From NCBI RefSeq assembly GCF_009914755.1, contig NC_060939.1: 64,000 nucleotides of DNA; one strand, written 5' to 3'. The translations under genes and the position numbers were made by a program. Positions within the stretch are counted from its first letter, which is position 1; each line of letters starts with the position of its first letter. This DNA comes from the human T2T-CHM13v2.0 reference genome, Homo sapiens. This document shows positions 37,257 to 59,352 of this stretch, in pieces. The notes beneath the pieces were generated by a model. The model did not search any database. It saw nothing but the letters and a program-made list of their open reading frames with translations, and was not told the DNA's origin.

Positions 37257-38234
37257 TCAAAGAATACTGAGGCATGCAAAGAAGCAGAAAACTATCAATA
37301 AAATAAAATCACTAAATGAAGACCAGAAAAGAACGAGATGATGGAATTATCAGAAAATGACACAAAAACAAGTATTATAAATGAGCTCCAACTATTAAGA
37401 CCATGCTTGACGCCGGGTGTGGTGGCTCACGCCTGTAATCCCAGCACTTTGGGAAGCCGAGGCGGGTGGATCACGAGGTCAGGAGATCGAGACCATCCTG
37501 GCTAACACAGTGAAACCCCGTCTGTAATAAAAATAAAAAAAATTTAAAGAAAGACCATGCTTGTTGGGCACGGTGGCTCATGCCTATAATCCCAGCACTT
37601 TGGGAGGCCGAGGCAGGTGGATTGCTTAAGCCCAGGAATTCAATATTAGCCTGGCAACATAGTAAGACTCTGTCTCTAAACGAAAAAATTAAAGAAAAAA
37701 TTAAAGAAAAGAAGACTGTGGGAAAAGAATATGAGCATGATGAAGACCAACATGGTGAAACCCCATCTCTACTAAAAATATAAAAAATAAGCTGGGCGTC
37801 GTGGCAGTCGCCTGTAATCCCAGCTACTCGGGAGGCTGAGGCAGAATTACTTGAACCCAGGAGGTGGGGGTTGCAGTGAGCTGAGATCGCGCCACTGCAC
37901 ATCCAGCCTGGCGACGGAGCAAGATTCCTTCTCAAAATAAATAAATACAATAAATAAATAAAATAATAATTTTCTAAATAAAGGTTTTAAAAATTTCATT
38001 TAAAAAATAACCTAAACTTCTACCTTAAAAACTAAAAATAACAGCAAATTAAACTCAAAGTAAGCAGAAGAAAAGATATGATAAAGAAAACAGAATGGGC
38101 CGGGTGCGGTGGCTCATGCCTGTAATCCCAGCACTTCAGGGGGCCGAGGCGGGTGGACCACTTGAGGTCAGGAGTTCGAGACCAGCCTGGCCAACATGGT
38201 GAAATCCTGTCTCTACTAAAAATACAAAACTTCA

Positions 38235-38462
<228 letters not shown>

Positions 38463-39499
38463 TCATTGAAAAGATAAATAAAATTGATAAACTGAAGTCA
38501 GAATAATGAGAAAAACTGAACAGGAAAATAAATCAACACTCCAGCCTGGACAATACAGCAAGACTCTGTCTCAAAAAAAAAAAAAAAAATCATTAATACA
38601 CCTTTCCACAAAGAAAATTCAAAGCCAGATGCCTTCACTGGTGAATTTCATCAAACATTTAGGAGGAAATATAAATTCTACATACGTTCTTCCAAAAAAA
38701 TCGTTTAAGTGGGTACATTTCCCAATTCATTTCATGAGGTGAGACTCATTCTGCTTTGGAAAAAAACAAAAACAAAATAAAACCAGCCCGTAATTCCAGC
38801 TACTTAGGAGGCTGAGGTGGGAAGACTGCTTGAGGACAGGAGTTCTAGATCAGCTTGGGTAACAAAAGGAACTCCATCTCAAAAAAAGAAAAAAAGGCAA
38901 AGCATTAGCATTACAAGAAAAGACTAGGCCGGGCACACTGGCTCGTGCCTGTAATCCCAGCACTTTGAGAGGCCAAAGTGGAAGGATCACTTGAGCTCAG
39001 GAGTCAAGACCAGCCTGACAACATGGCAAAACTCCTTCTCTACAAAAATTAGCCAGGCATGGTGGCATGCACCTGTGGTCACAGTTACTTGGGAAGCTAA
39101 AGGGAAAAGATCACCTGAGCCCGGGAGGTCAAGTCTGCAGTGACTGTGACACTGCACTCCAGTCTGGGCCACAGAGTGAGACCCTGTTTCCCCACTCCCC
39201 CCAAAAAGAAAAAAGAAACGGACGTGGTGGCTCACACCTGCAATCCCAGCTCTTAAGGAGGCATAAGTGGGAGCATAGCTTGAGCCGAGGACTTCAAAAC
39301 TTGCCTTGGCAATATAGTGAGACCCCGTTCTCCACAAAAAGGAAAACAAGCATTGGACAAAACTGAATGTCTGTTCATTATAAGCACTGTCAGCAAACTA
39401 GGAAAGGAGGAAACTTCCTCAACAGATAACATAATACTTATTAAATCTTATCAAGAGTACCACTACATGCTAAGTCTTGTGATTCATTCTAGCTAATCA

Positions 39500-41340
<1,841 letters not shown>

Positions 41341-42025
41341 GACTGTCAGGTCTTTTTGTTTGTTTTTTTTTCTGGAGACAGGGTCTTGCTCTGTTGCCCA
41401 GGCAGGAGTGCAGTGGTGTGATCAGGGCTTATTGCAGCCTCAACTTCCCAGGCCCAAACGATCCTCCCGGCTCCAATGATGTTCCTGCTTCAGCCTCTTA
41501 AGTAGCTGGGACTACAGGTACATGATACCATGCCAAGATTTTTGTGTGTGGTTTTCTTTTTTTTTTTTTTTTGGTAGACACAGGGTCTCACTATGCTACC
41601 CGGGCTGGTCTCAAACTCCTAGGCTCAAACCATCCTCCTGCCTCAACCTCCCCAAGTGCTGGGATTACAGGCGCGAACCATCACATCCAGCCTGTCAGGT
41701 TTTTTGTTTTTGTTTTTACAGACTTCCTTGAAAAACTCTTCAATATATCTAAAATAAACCCATTCTATGTACTTTTATTCCTAGCCTACCACCCAGAGAC
41801 CTTCTCTTCTTCCTCTTATACTTCCTCATCAGACCCTAAAGCATATTACAATTTACTCAGTTGCCTAAGAAGGAAATGTAGTTACCATGCTCAAATCTTC
41901 CCTTTTCTTCACATTCACCAAATCCTATTGCATTTATCTCATTAAGCCCTTCAAATATGCCTACTTCTCTTCATTGTCAAAAACATCTTACTTCAGGTTC
42001 TCATCTTTTTGCCAGAGTCACTCTA

Positions 42026-42445
<420 letters not shown>

Positions 42446-42837
42446 TCAAAAGCATGTGCAACAAAAAGCCTTGTAGAGTAACTGAAACTCTCATTTTTCC
42501 AGGCCCAAATCTCTCAAATCTCCATCTTACATTCTGCAGTTTCCTGACAGAACCATGATGTCTTTCACTATCAGGCCTTCCCATACACTGCTCTCGCTGC
42601 CTAAAATTCCTGTCCTTCAACTTCTGCTCAACAGACACAACTTTACAACTCTTCTTAGGTAGCTTCACCTGAGTTTCAAACAGCCTTGACTGACCCTTCA
42701 CCTTCCAAGTCTAGGTAAAGTACCCATCAAATATAATAGCATGTGAGTTTCATGCCACTGTGTTCTAACTCATATTTCTAATAGATTAGTTTTATTTATT
42801 TTCCGAAATTTGTGCGGTATAGTTATGTTAAACTTAC

Positions 42838-42876
42838 CTGACGAGTTGCTGACAAATTTGACATCCTGGAAGGCAT
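42838..42876 (-). CDS. TRPM7: TRPM7 exon 3 (39 nt): (R)CLPGCQICQQLV(R)
   Basis: ttcaatag|ATGC acceptor, GTCAG|gtaagt donor; phase 2-2. Confidence 0.96.
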
Positions 42877-43049
42877 CTATTGAACACAAAAAGGTAAATA
42901 AATTATTTCAGGTGAAAAACTTTCTGATTTTAAAGTATATAAAATACATAAAATACAAAACAAAAAAAATTATATACCTAGTTTAATTTTTCAGTAGATA
43001 TTATAGTTCACGTATACCTTGATTTATAATTCAAATAACTATTTTTTAA

Positions 43050-43298
<249 letters not shown>

Positions 43299-44697
43299 TG
43301 ATCCACCTGCCTCGGCCTCCCAAAGTGCTAGGATTACAGGTGTGAGCCACCGCGCCTGGCAGACAGTCCACACCTATAATTGCAACACTCTGGGAGGCAC
43401 AGGTGAATTGCTTGAGTCCAGGAGTTTAAGATCAGCCTGGGCAACAAAGCGAAACTCCGTCTCTACAAAAAAAAAAATTAGCTAGGGGTAGTGGTGCAGG
43501 CCTATAGTCCTAGCTACTAGGGAGGCTGAGGTGGGAGGATTCCTTGAGCATGGGAGGTCGAGGCTAAAGTGAGCCATGATCATGCCCCACTGCACTCCAG
43601 CCTGGGCGAAAGAGCGAGAAACTGTCTCAAAAAAAAAAAAAAAGACATTATCTTGGCAAGAATACAGAGAGAGTCTGGTATCTGTGGGTGAGAGTATATA
43701 TTTATATAATCCCTATGGAAGGCCACTTGGCAATACCCATCAAAATAAAAAACGTTGACTCTCACACACTAATTCCAGTTCTAAAAGCATAGGCTAAAAC
43801 ACATCTGTAGTATACGTATAAAATGAAAATTGTACAAGGTCGTTGACTGCAGAATTTTTTTCCTAACAGCCAAAAGAAAGTGAAAATAGCTAAAATGTTC
43901 AATAAGAGATTACTAAAACAAATTACAATTCAGACATAATTAAATAGGCTGCAACAATTAAGAACAAACTAGTGGCCAGGCGCAGTGGCTCACGCCTGTA
44001 ATGCCAGCACTTTGGGAGGCTGAGGCGGGAGGATCACGAGGTCAGGAGATCAAGACCATCCTGGCTAACGCAGTGAAACCCCGTCTCTACTAAAAATACA
44101 AAAAATTAGCCAGATGTGGTGGCACACGCCTGTAATTCCAGCTACTCGGGAGGCTGAGGAAAGAGAATGGCCTGAACCCAGGAGGCAGAGCTTGCAGTGA
44201 GACTACGCCACTGCACACCAGCCTGGATGACAGAGCGAGACTCCGTCTCAAAAAAAAAAAAAAAGAAAGAACAAACTAGTGATCGCCAAGATAAGTTACA
44301 GTCACAGTGGGCTACACTATATATTTTAAAGGGGGAAGGGGGATAATCATCTGCTTGGACATACAAAGACTATATCTAACTTTCTGGAAGACATTCCAAG
44401 GAATGGATAACATCAGATTTTTTATTAGCAAGGTAAACTTATAGCTAAAGCACAGTACTGGAAAGGAGACTTTCACTTACAGCATTTGGTACCTTTTAAG
44501 TTATGAACCAAGTGTCAATTACCTATTCATATAAAATTAAGAGTTCAACTACTGTAGAAAGAAGTGACGAGCTAACTGTAAATTATGTCTCTCATGAATG
44601 GTTAAAGGTGGGGATACTTAGTAACAGCTTTGGATTTCTTTAATACCTTGAGTGCTTTTATTATTTCTATTGCAAAGTGGAATTAATAAAACTATAG

Positions 44698-45106
<409 letters not shown>

Positions 45107-48023
45107 TAAGGAGGCTTAAATACTAATCCCATCTTTATGAATAGCCATGTGACTTGGGAAATGTCATTTATCCTCTTGTTGAGAAATGTGATACGATGTT
45201 GTAATAAAACATATCTTTAACAAGTAGTAAGAAATCAGAATAAATCATAGACTCTAATGATTGGAAGAGATGTTAAGGTTATCTATTTTAATGATCCAAA
45301 AAGAACTAATCAAAAACATTTACAGAATGTATTAAAAAATTGAGGGATATTTAAAAAACATAAAATATTTTCTCAATAATAAATAAATCCAAATTTAAAA
45401 TATATACTATTATAATTACTGTCAACTAAAAATAAATAAATGTATACCAGGCACGGTGACTCACTTTGGGAGGCTGAGGCGGGCAGATTATCTGAGGTCA
45501 GGAGCTCGAGACCAGCCTGACCAACATGGTGAAACCCCTGTCTCTACTAAAAATAAAAAAAATTAAGTGGGCGTGGTAGCGCATGCCTATAGTCCCAGCT
45601 ACTCAGGTAGCTGAGGCATGAGAATCGCTTGAACCCGGAAGGCAGACTTTGCTCACCTCAGTCTCCCAAAGTGCTGGAATTACAGGCATGAGCCACCATG
45701 CCCAGCCTAAAAATATATACATACTATTTTCTACTTATCACGTTTTCTTGATGGTGATGGAAAATGTTACTCCAGTCATTACTCAGTAAAGGAGACAATC
45801 TCATTCACTACTGGGTGATCATTTATATTCCTTTAATACTTTTCAAAAGATTCTGGCATTACATAACCTAAGGGGGGAAAATCTTAAATATAAAAAAGGT
45901 TTTATCCACAAAGATCTTCATTGTGGCCTAATTAAATTTTAAATGGCTAAAAATCGAAAACAACTAAATTGACCAATAGTAGAACAGGTATATAAATTGT
46001 GGTATACACAATAACAGAATATTAACTACCATTCCTTTTTTTTTTTTTTGAGACAGAGTTTCACTCTTGTTACCCAGGCTGGAGTGCAGCAGTGTGGATC
46101 TCAGCTCACTACAACCTCTGCCTTCCAGTGTCAAGCAATTCTCCTGCCTTAGCCTCCCAAGTAGCTGGGATGACAGGTGCCCACTACCACGTCTGGCTAA
46201 TTTTTGTATTTTTAGTAGAGACAGTGTTTCACCATGTTGGCCAGGCTGGTCTCGAACTCCTGACCTCGTGATCCGCCCACCTCAGCCTCCCAAAGTGCTG
46301 GGATTACAGGTGTCAGCCACCGCACCAGGCCTATTAACTACCATTCTTATAAAATATCTGTAGTATGAAAAGCAGGTACATTTTGCATATAGACTGAATG
46401 TAGCACTACTTTAAAACAAAAGCAATACACTGAGAAAAAGTTAAAAATAAAGCCACCAAATGTTATTAATAATGACAGTCTTAATGTATTGAAACTCTAC
46501 GTATTGCTTCAACTTTGTTTCTCAAAAGTTTTTTAAATGTATCATATACATTACACTTTCAATGGAAATGTGTTTGTTGTGAGAGATCCGTTCAAAGTTA
46601 AGAATTTTTTAAAATGTTAAAATAAAGAGAAATTTTTGGAAATGCTATTCAACAAATATTTACTACATATCCACTATAAACAAGAATAGTGACATATTCT
46701 ATAATATAAAGAGATATCAGTTAGTAAAAACTGTCTATTTAGCTATGTTTTTCTAAGAGTTATATATCTAACAGAAATGAAAGTTGCAGAGAAGGTAAAT
46801 GGGTAGAGAACACAGTGTGACAGGAGACGGAAAAGGAAGGAAGATTCAAAAATCTTGCAAATACTTTTGTCAATTAATTTTCATTTTTTCTAAGTGCCCA
46901 TGAAGAAAAGTGCTCTATAGGTTAGGAAATAACTATATCTTAGATTTCCTTAAGTTTTTTTCTATCTTTAGGCCTCAGAAAAAAGAAAAATTTGCTGGGT
47001 GCGGTGGCTCACACCTGTAATCCCAGCACTCTGAGAGGCCAAGGCAGGCAGATGACCTCAGGTCAGGGGTTCAAGACCAGCCTGGCCAACATAGTAAAAC
47101 CCTGTTTCTACTAAAAATACAAAAACTAGGGCTGGGCGCGGTGGCTCACGCCTATAATCCCAGCAGTTTGGGAGGCCAAGGCAGGTGGATCACAAGGTCA
47201 GGAGATTGAACCATCCTGGCTAACATGGTGAAACCCCATCTCTACTAAAAATACAAAAATTTAGCCGGCTGTGGTGGCACATGCCTGTAGTCCCAGCTAC
47301 TCGGGAGGCTGAGGCAAGAGAATGGCCTGAACCCTGGAGGGAGCTTGTACTCCAGCCTGGACGACAGAGCAAGACTCTGTTCCAAAAAAAAAAAAAAGGT
47401 AAAAAGAATAATTTTGGCAAAAATGTTTAAGTAAATATTTCATGAGCTCAACTTTTTCTTCAGTTACTAAGTTAATGTCCTTTAATTTTTTTCTATTATC
47501 AAAGCCATCTTAGAGACCAAAGACACAGACACCTATAGTCTCTGATAATAGATTTTCCAGTAAATAATGATCTGTATCTATATATTGGCAAACAAAAAGA
47601 ATGACTATTATTAGGTTCATATTGCTTTCTTCGACATGAACCATAGTGTTGGATACCCAGTAGATGCCCAATAGATACACAAATTTAAGTTCCCAATATC
47701 AGTGAATCCATTAAAAAATAAGAGAGTCTTAACTGCCTTACCTTTGTAAAACACTACACTATGATCTGAGGGAGTTTAGAGATGGAGGAACACTTCAAGG
47801 AAGAGATTGTATGCTGTAAATGGCATTAAGAACTCCAAAATACTGATTTCAGTGCTGTTTCCTCCTCCCAATCCCTCCCAAATTAAATGATTAACAGTAA
47901 TTATAAAAAGTAACAGTAAGTACAAATAATTTATTTAGTGGTTTTTGTTTCCAATAAAGAAATAACAATATAATTTACACTAAAATTTCTAGAAGACCCC
48001 AGAAGTAACAAAGGTGTGCTTAC

Positions 48024-48103
48024 CTGTGAGGGTCCTTGGAACTTGGTATAATATATACACATTCCCTCTTGGTCAAAGTGCTTTCTATCCAGGATTTCTG
48101 GGA
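48024..48103 (-). CDS. TRPM7: TRPM7 exon 2 (80 nt): SQKSWIESTLTKRECVYIIPSSKDPH(R)
   Basis: ttttgttttag|TCCCAG acceptor, CACAG|gtaagc donor; begins at codon 2, phase 0. Confidence 0.97.
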
Positions 48104-48204
48104 CTAAAACAAAATGTTTTAAAGAATTGTTTATAAGTTAACCCACTAAATAAGAAGGAAACAATTTCATGATAAACACATAAACAGTTCTTTTTTTTTT
48201 TTGA

Positions 48205-48402
<198 letters not shown>

Positions 48403-49137
48403 TAACGCCCGACCTCAGGTGATCTGCCTGCCTCGGCCTCCCAAAGTGGTGGGATTACAGGCGTGAGCCACCGTGCCCGGCCCATAAACACTTCTATACT
48501 ACATAATTTTTTATTTACTTTTCACTACATACCATAATCTGAGGATGGCACCCCAAAACGTCAGAATAATTCCATTTAAATCCCAAGTGACCTAGGTTAT
48601 TAAATCAACAGTACTGTGTAGATACTATTGCTTCAAATAGTCAAACAGGAGGGAAGCCTAGTTTGAGATTCCCACTACGAACCAAAAACCTTAAGAGGGG
48701 CTGGTATTATTCTGGGATATGAGCCATTTAAAAGACAACTAGCTCGGCACAGTAGCTCACACCTGTAATCTCAACATTTTGGGAGCCAAGGTGAGAGGAT
48801 CCTTTTAGACAGAATTCAAGGCTACCCTGGAAAACATGGTGAAACGCCATCTCTACCAAAAGCTAAAAAATTAGCCAGGTATGGTGATGTGCTCCTGTAG
48901 TCCCAGCTACTTGGAAGTCTGAGGCAGGAGGATCGCCTAAGCCGAGGAGGCTGAGGATGCAGTCAGCCATGATCAGGCCACTGCACTCCAGCCTGAGTGA
49001 AAGAGTGAGAGACTCTGTCTCAAAAAACAAAGCAAAAAAAACCTGAAAAAAAGACAATTAGAATTGACAGATTTGGCCGCGTGCGGTGGCTCACACGTAT
49101 AATCCCAACACTTTGGGAGGCTGAGGTGGGCGGATCA

Positions 49138-51989
<2,852 letters not shown>

Positions 51990-52543
51990 TTACTTTCCTA
52001 ATAAACTTGCTTTTACTTTACTGTATGGATTCGCCTCAAATTCTGTCTTGCACAAGATCCAGGAACCTGTTCCTGGGGTCTGGATCAGGACCCCTTTCTG
52101 GTAACATCTTTCTGGCAAACCATAAAGGGATGATACTGAGGAGACCCCCAACCCAAAGGAAATAGACTGCAGCATTGATTGGCCGACTCTGGGGGTGTCT
52201 AATGGCAGTTATGGGGAAATACACAGCTCTCTGCATGTCTGGATCAGAGAAACATGCTCTTGGCCCCCTAGAAGCTGTGCCTGATTACTAGGCCCTAGAA
52301 ACTGAACGCTTTCCTCGCCCTGTTCCTCCAAGGGCTCTACCTTGAAGCCAGTAATCCAATTAAGAAATTGGCAAATGAAAGACCTTACAACTGATGGATC
52401 TCCCGCCTATGTATTTATATGTGTTGTGTGTGTATGATATGAAAGAGCTTTGATTAACTGGTTTAAAAATAAGAGCTGCTGGCCGGGCACAGTGGTTCAC
52501 GCCTGTAATCCCAGCACTTTGGGAGGCCAAGGTGGGCGGATCA

Positions 52544-52829
<286 letters not shown>

Positions 52830-55305
52830 TTATTAAGAACTGGGTTTCACATATCAATAATGCACTAGTCCAACAGTGAAATTTGGCTTATTGACATAAA
52901 AATCATACAGGAAGCATTGCCAAATATGAAATGGTGTTTGGCTTTCTTTGGGTTGCATTTGTATAAATATGTTATTGGTATGTGTTCCAAAATTATGAAA
53001 AGCTCCTATAATTCTGATATGATTCAATGTACCTTATCAGCAGTAATTATGATTATTATGTTAAATTATTGTGTGCCACAAAGGTAACCAAAATTCTTTG
53101 TCAATCGTGTCTTTGACTATGGCTGTCCTAAGACTTTTTGTCATCAACATACAACTGTTGTCATGTTTTGATCCTCTTCGAAAGGTGGTTTATAATCAGC
53201 TATAGGACTTTCACAGGTGCTCTTAAATGCAGGTTTCTGATAACTTTGGAGACTCTAACATTAGAATAAAGGAAAAAACATTCAGGACTGTCATGGAGGG
53301 CTGGAATGTTCACGTGTATCAAACAGGAGTTAACTTCATGGACTGAATTAATGTAAGACTCATCTTTTTTACTTTTTTGCTTAAAACGTCGCTGATCCTT
53401 TATTTTGTTTTGCAGTCAAGGATTTGAGCTATTGACAGCTATTAACAATTGAGTAAAGTATACTCCTGTGGACAAAATTTGGAGCATATTTGTTTCTCTC
53501 TACCCCATTTCTCAATTTGGAGACTATTTATGAGTACTCTTAACTTATGGCAATAGATTTGTTTTTGTTTTTTGTTTTTTGAGACAAAGAGTTTTGCTCT
53601 GTTGCCCAGGCTGGAGGGCAGTGGCATGATCTCAGCTTACTGCTAACTCTGCCTCCGGGGTCCAAGTAATTCTCCTGCCTCAGCCTCCCAAGTAGCTGGG
53701 ATTACAGATGCCCGCCACCACACCAAGCTACTTTTTGTATCTTTAGTAGAAACAGGTTTTCACTATGTTGGCCAGGCTGGTCTCAAACTCCTGACATCAA
53801 GTGATTCACCTGCCCCAGCCTCCCAAAGTGCTGGGATTACAGGCATGAGCCACCATGCCTGGCCTACAATAGATATTTGTATAAGTGCAGTAAGAATCGG
53901 TTTTCTCTTGTGACAGGACACAATTGGAGAAACTGGTTATTTTACCAAGGCTTTGACTGGAATGATGTGCTCTCCTTAAAGGAATCAAACTTGACTTGTA
54001 GAGCCAATTAAAAGCTGCTTGGGAAAACTGGCCTCATATCTTGTCTACGCAGTCCCTGTACAGGGTTCCTGACCTGTGATAAGTTAAGAATGTCACTTTT
54101 TGACAGGCCCAGGAGCCCCAAGTTATCTTGGGACCTCAAGAAGAGAGAAATTTACCCAATACATAAAGGTATTTGAGGGTACAAACCCACAGCTGAGGTC
54201 AGGCGCAGTGGCTCATGGCTGAGCGTGGTGGCTCACGCCTGTAATCACAGCACATTGGGAGGCTGAGGTAGGTGGATCACCTGAGGTCTGGAGTTCGAGA
54301 CCAGCCTGGCCAAGACCTCATCTCTACTAAAAATACAAAAAATTAGCCAGGCGTGGTGGTGTGTGCCTGTAATTCCAACTACACAGGAAGCTGAAGCAGC
54401 AGAACCACTTGAACTCAGGAGATGGAGGCTGCAGTGAGCCGAGGTCATGCCAGTGCACTCCAGCCTGGGCAACAGAGTGAGACTCTGTCTCAAAAAGAAA
54501 AGGAAAAAAAAAATCCATGCTGGGCTCGGTTTTAAAAGTCTTATCGGAGATTCCTTATGGAACAGAGTTCCATCAAAGCCAATTTCGAAAGCCTATATAA
54601 TTATTCTTGCTGCACTTTATACAAATAATCTGGCCAAGTATAACAAAGCAAATCGGTCATACTATAACTTGTCTTTAGTAAAAATGGGACACTGGAGTGA
54701 GAAAAAATTGTGTTTCAAGAACTATGGTATACCTGTCAGTAGATTCTAGTCTCATCAGTTGTTTGAGTTTTTTTCCTGCAATTTAGGCTGACCTTGCTTT
54801 CTCCTGTGAACCAATCAGTGATCTCTGACTGAAGTCCAGGAAAAAAAAAAGGGATGGCTAATGTAAAAATCTGGATCAATATTCTAATTCTGGGCACATA
54901 ATACAATCAGCGATCCCTTATCAGCATGGTTCCAACAGTTGCCAGTTCATGGAAAGCCTTCTAATTTAGTTTACTTGGGACAGTTTTACTTATTTTGCTT
55001 TACTGTTATGGAATACATTGCTGTTGTACTCTTTGTATAGGAATGCAGGATAAGCTTACTGAATGTTTTATTAAACACTTATTAATCTTTCAGATATCAT
55101 GTTTTGTCAGAACTCTGAGTTATGGATGGCCCTCAGCAAACTGATGTGTTGTGAATGAGTGCCTCTCTATCACGGACACAAGAGACCTTAATAGTTAGGC
55201 AGGAATATCATCACCCCATTCAGCAAGAAGAGGTTACAAAAGGTGTATCTTCATCCCTCTACAACCCTTAGGATGAAGGATTCTCTTATAAAAGAAGGGG
55301 GGAAA

Positions 55306-55852
55306 CGTCAGAGGTGTTTAAACCAGAGTGACTCCATCTTGAATAGGGGCTGAGTAAAATAAGGCTGAGACCTGCTGGGCTGCATTCCCAGTAGGTTAGG
55401 TATTCTAAGTCACAGGATGAGATGGGAGTCCAACATAAGATATAGGCCATAAAGACTGTGCTGATAAAACAGGTTGCACTAAAAAAGCTAGCCAAAACCC
55501 ACCAAAACCAAGATGGCAACAGAGTAGACCTCTTCCTCACTGCTCATTATATGCTAATTATAATGTATCACCATACTAAAAGACACTCTAACCAGCACCA
55601 TGACAGTTTACAGATGCCATGGCAACATTCAGAAGTTACCCTATATAGTTTAAAAAGAGGAGGAACCCTCAGTTCTGGGAACTGCCCACCACTTTCCCAG
55701 AAAATTCATTAATAATCCACTCCTTGCTTAGCATATAATCAGGAAATAACCATAAAAGTGGGCAACCAGCAGCCCTCAGGACTGCTCAACCTATGGGGTA
55801 ACCATTCTTTTGTTTATTTACTTTCCTAATAAACTTGCCTTCACTTTACTGT
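55306..55852 (+). mobile_element. MER41B-like LTR (U3+R only, U5 absent)
   Basis: Starts (C)GTCAGAGGTGTTTAAACCAGAG, contains CCAAAACCAAGATGGC and the tandem-GAS segment typical of MER41B, AATAAA at 55828-55833. Confidence 0.88.
55673..55702. promoter_or_regulatory. Tandem STAT/GAS motifs (TTCTGGGAA and TTCCCAGAA) in the MER41B LTR
   Basis: Two TTC-N3-GAA 9-mers 12 bp apart; MER41B GAS sites are established STAT1-bound IFN-gamma enhancers at other loci; activity here is unproven. Confidence 0.6.
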
Positions 55853-56044
55853 AAAAAAAAGAAAAAGAAAAAAAAAAAAAAAGCAAGAAAATAATAAGAG
55901 GATACTATCAACAACTCTGTGCCAAAACGTGTCAAAACATATTAAGTAGGCCAGGTGCAGTAGCTCTTGCCTGTAATCTTAGCAGTCTGGGAGGCCAATG
56001 GGGGCAGATTGCTGGAGCTCAGGAATTTGAGACCAGATAAAAGG

Positions 56045-56480
56045 GGGCTACTATACATTGCGGAATGGCTAAATCGAGCTAATTATCATATACATTGCCT
56101 CACATACTATTTTTTTGTGGTGAGACCACTTAAAATATACTCTTAGTATTTTTCAAAAATACATTGTTATTTAGCGTAGTCACCATGTTGTACAGAAGAT
56201 TTCTTGAAATTATTCTTCCTAACTGAAATTTTGCATCCTTTGACCAACATTTCCCCAGCAATCCCCACCCAAGTCCCTGATAACCACCATTCTACTCTCC
56301 ATCCAGAAATTGAACTTTTATCAGTTCAATTTTTTAGATTCTACACAGAAGTGAGACCATGTAGTATCTTGTCTTTCTGTTCCTGGCTTATTTCACTTAA
56401 CATAATGTCCTCCAGGCCCATCCAGGTCACAAAAAACAGAATTTCCTTCTTTAAGATTGAATGATATTCCTTTGTGCATA
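56045..56480 (-). mobile_element. L1MA-type 3' end fragment
   Basis: Reverse-strand L1MA 3' UTR text (GGAATGGCTAAATCGAGCTAATTA...GGCTTATTTCACTTAACATAATGTCCTCCAGG). Confidence 0.75.
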
Positions 56481-59352
<2,872 letters not shown>

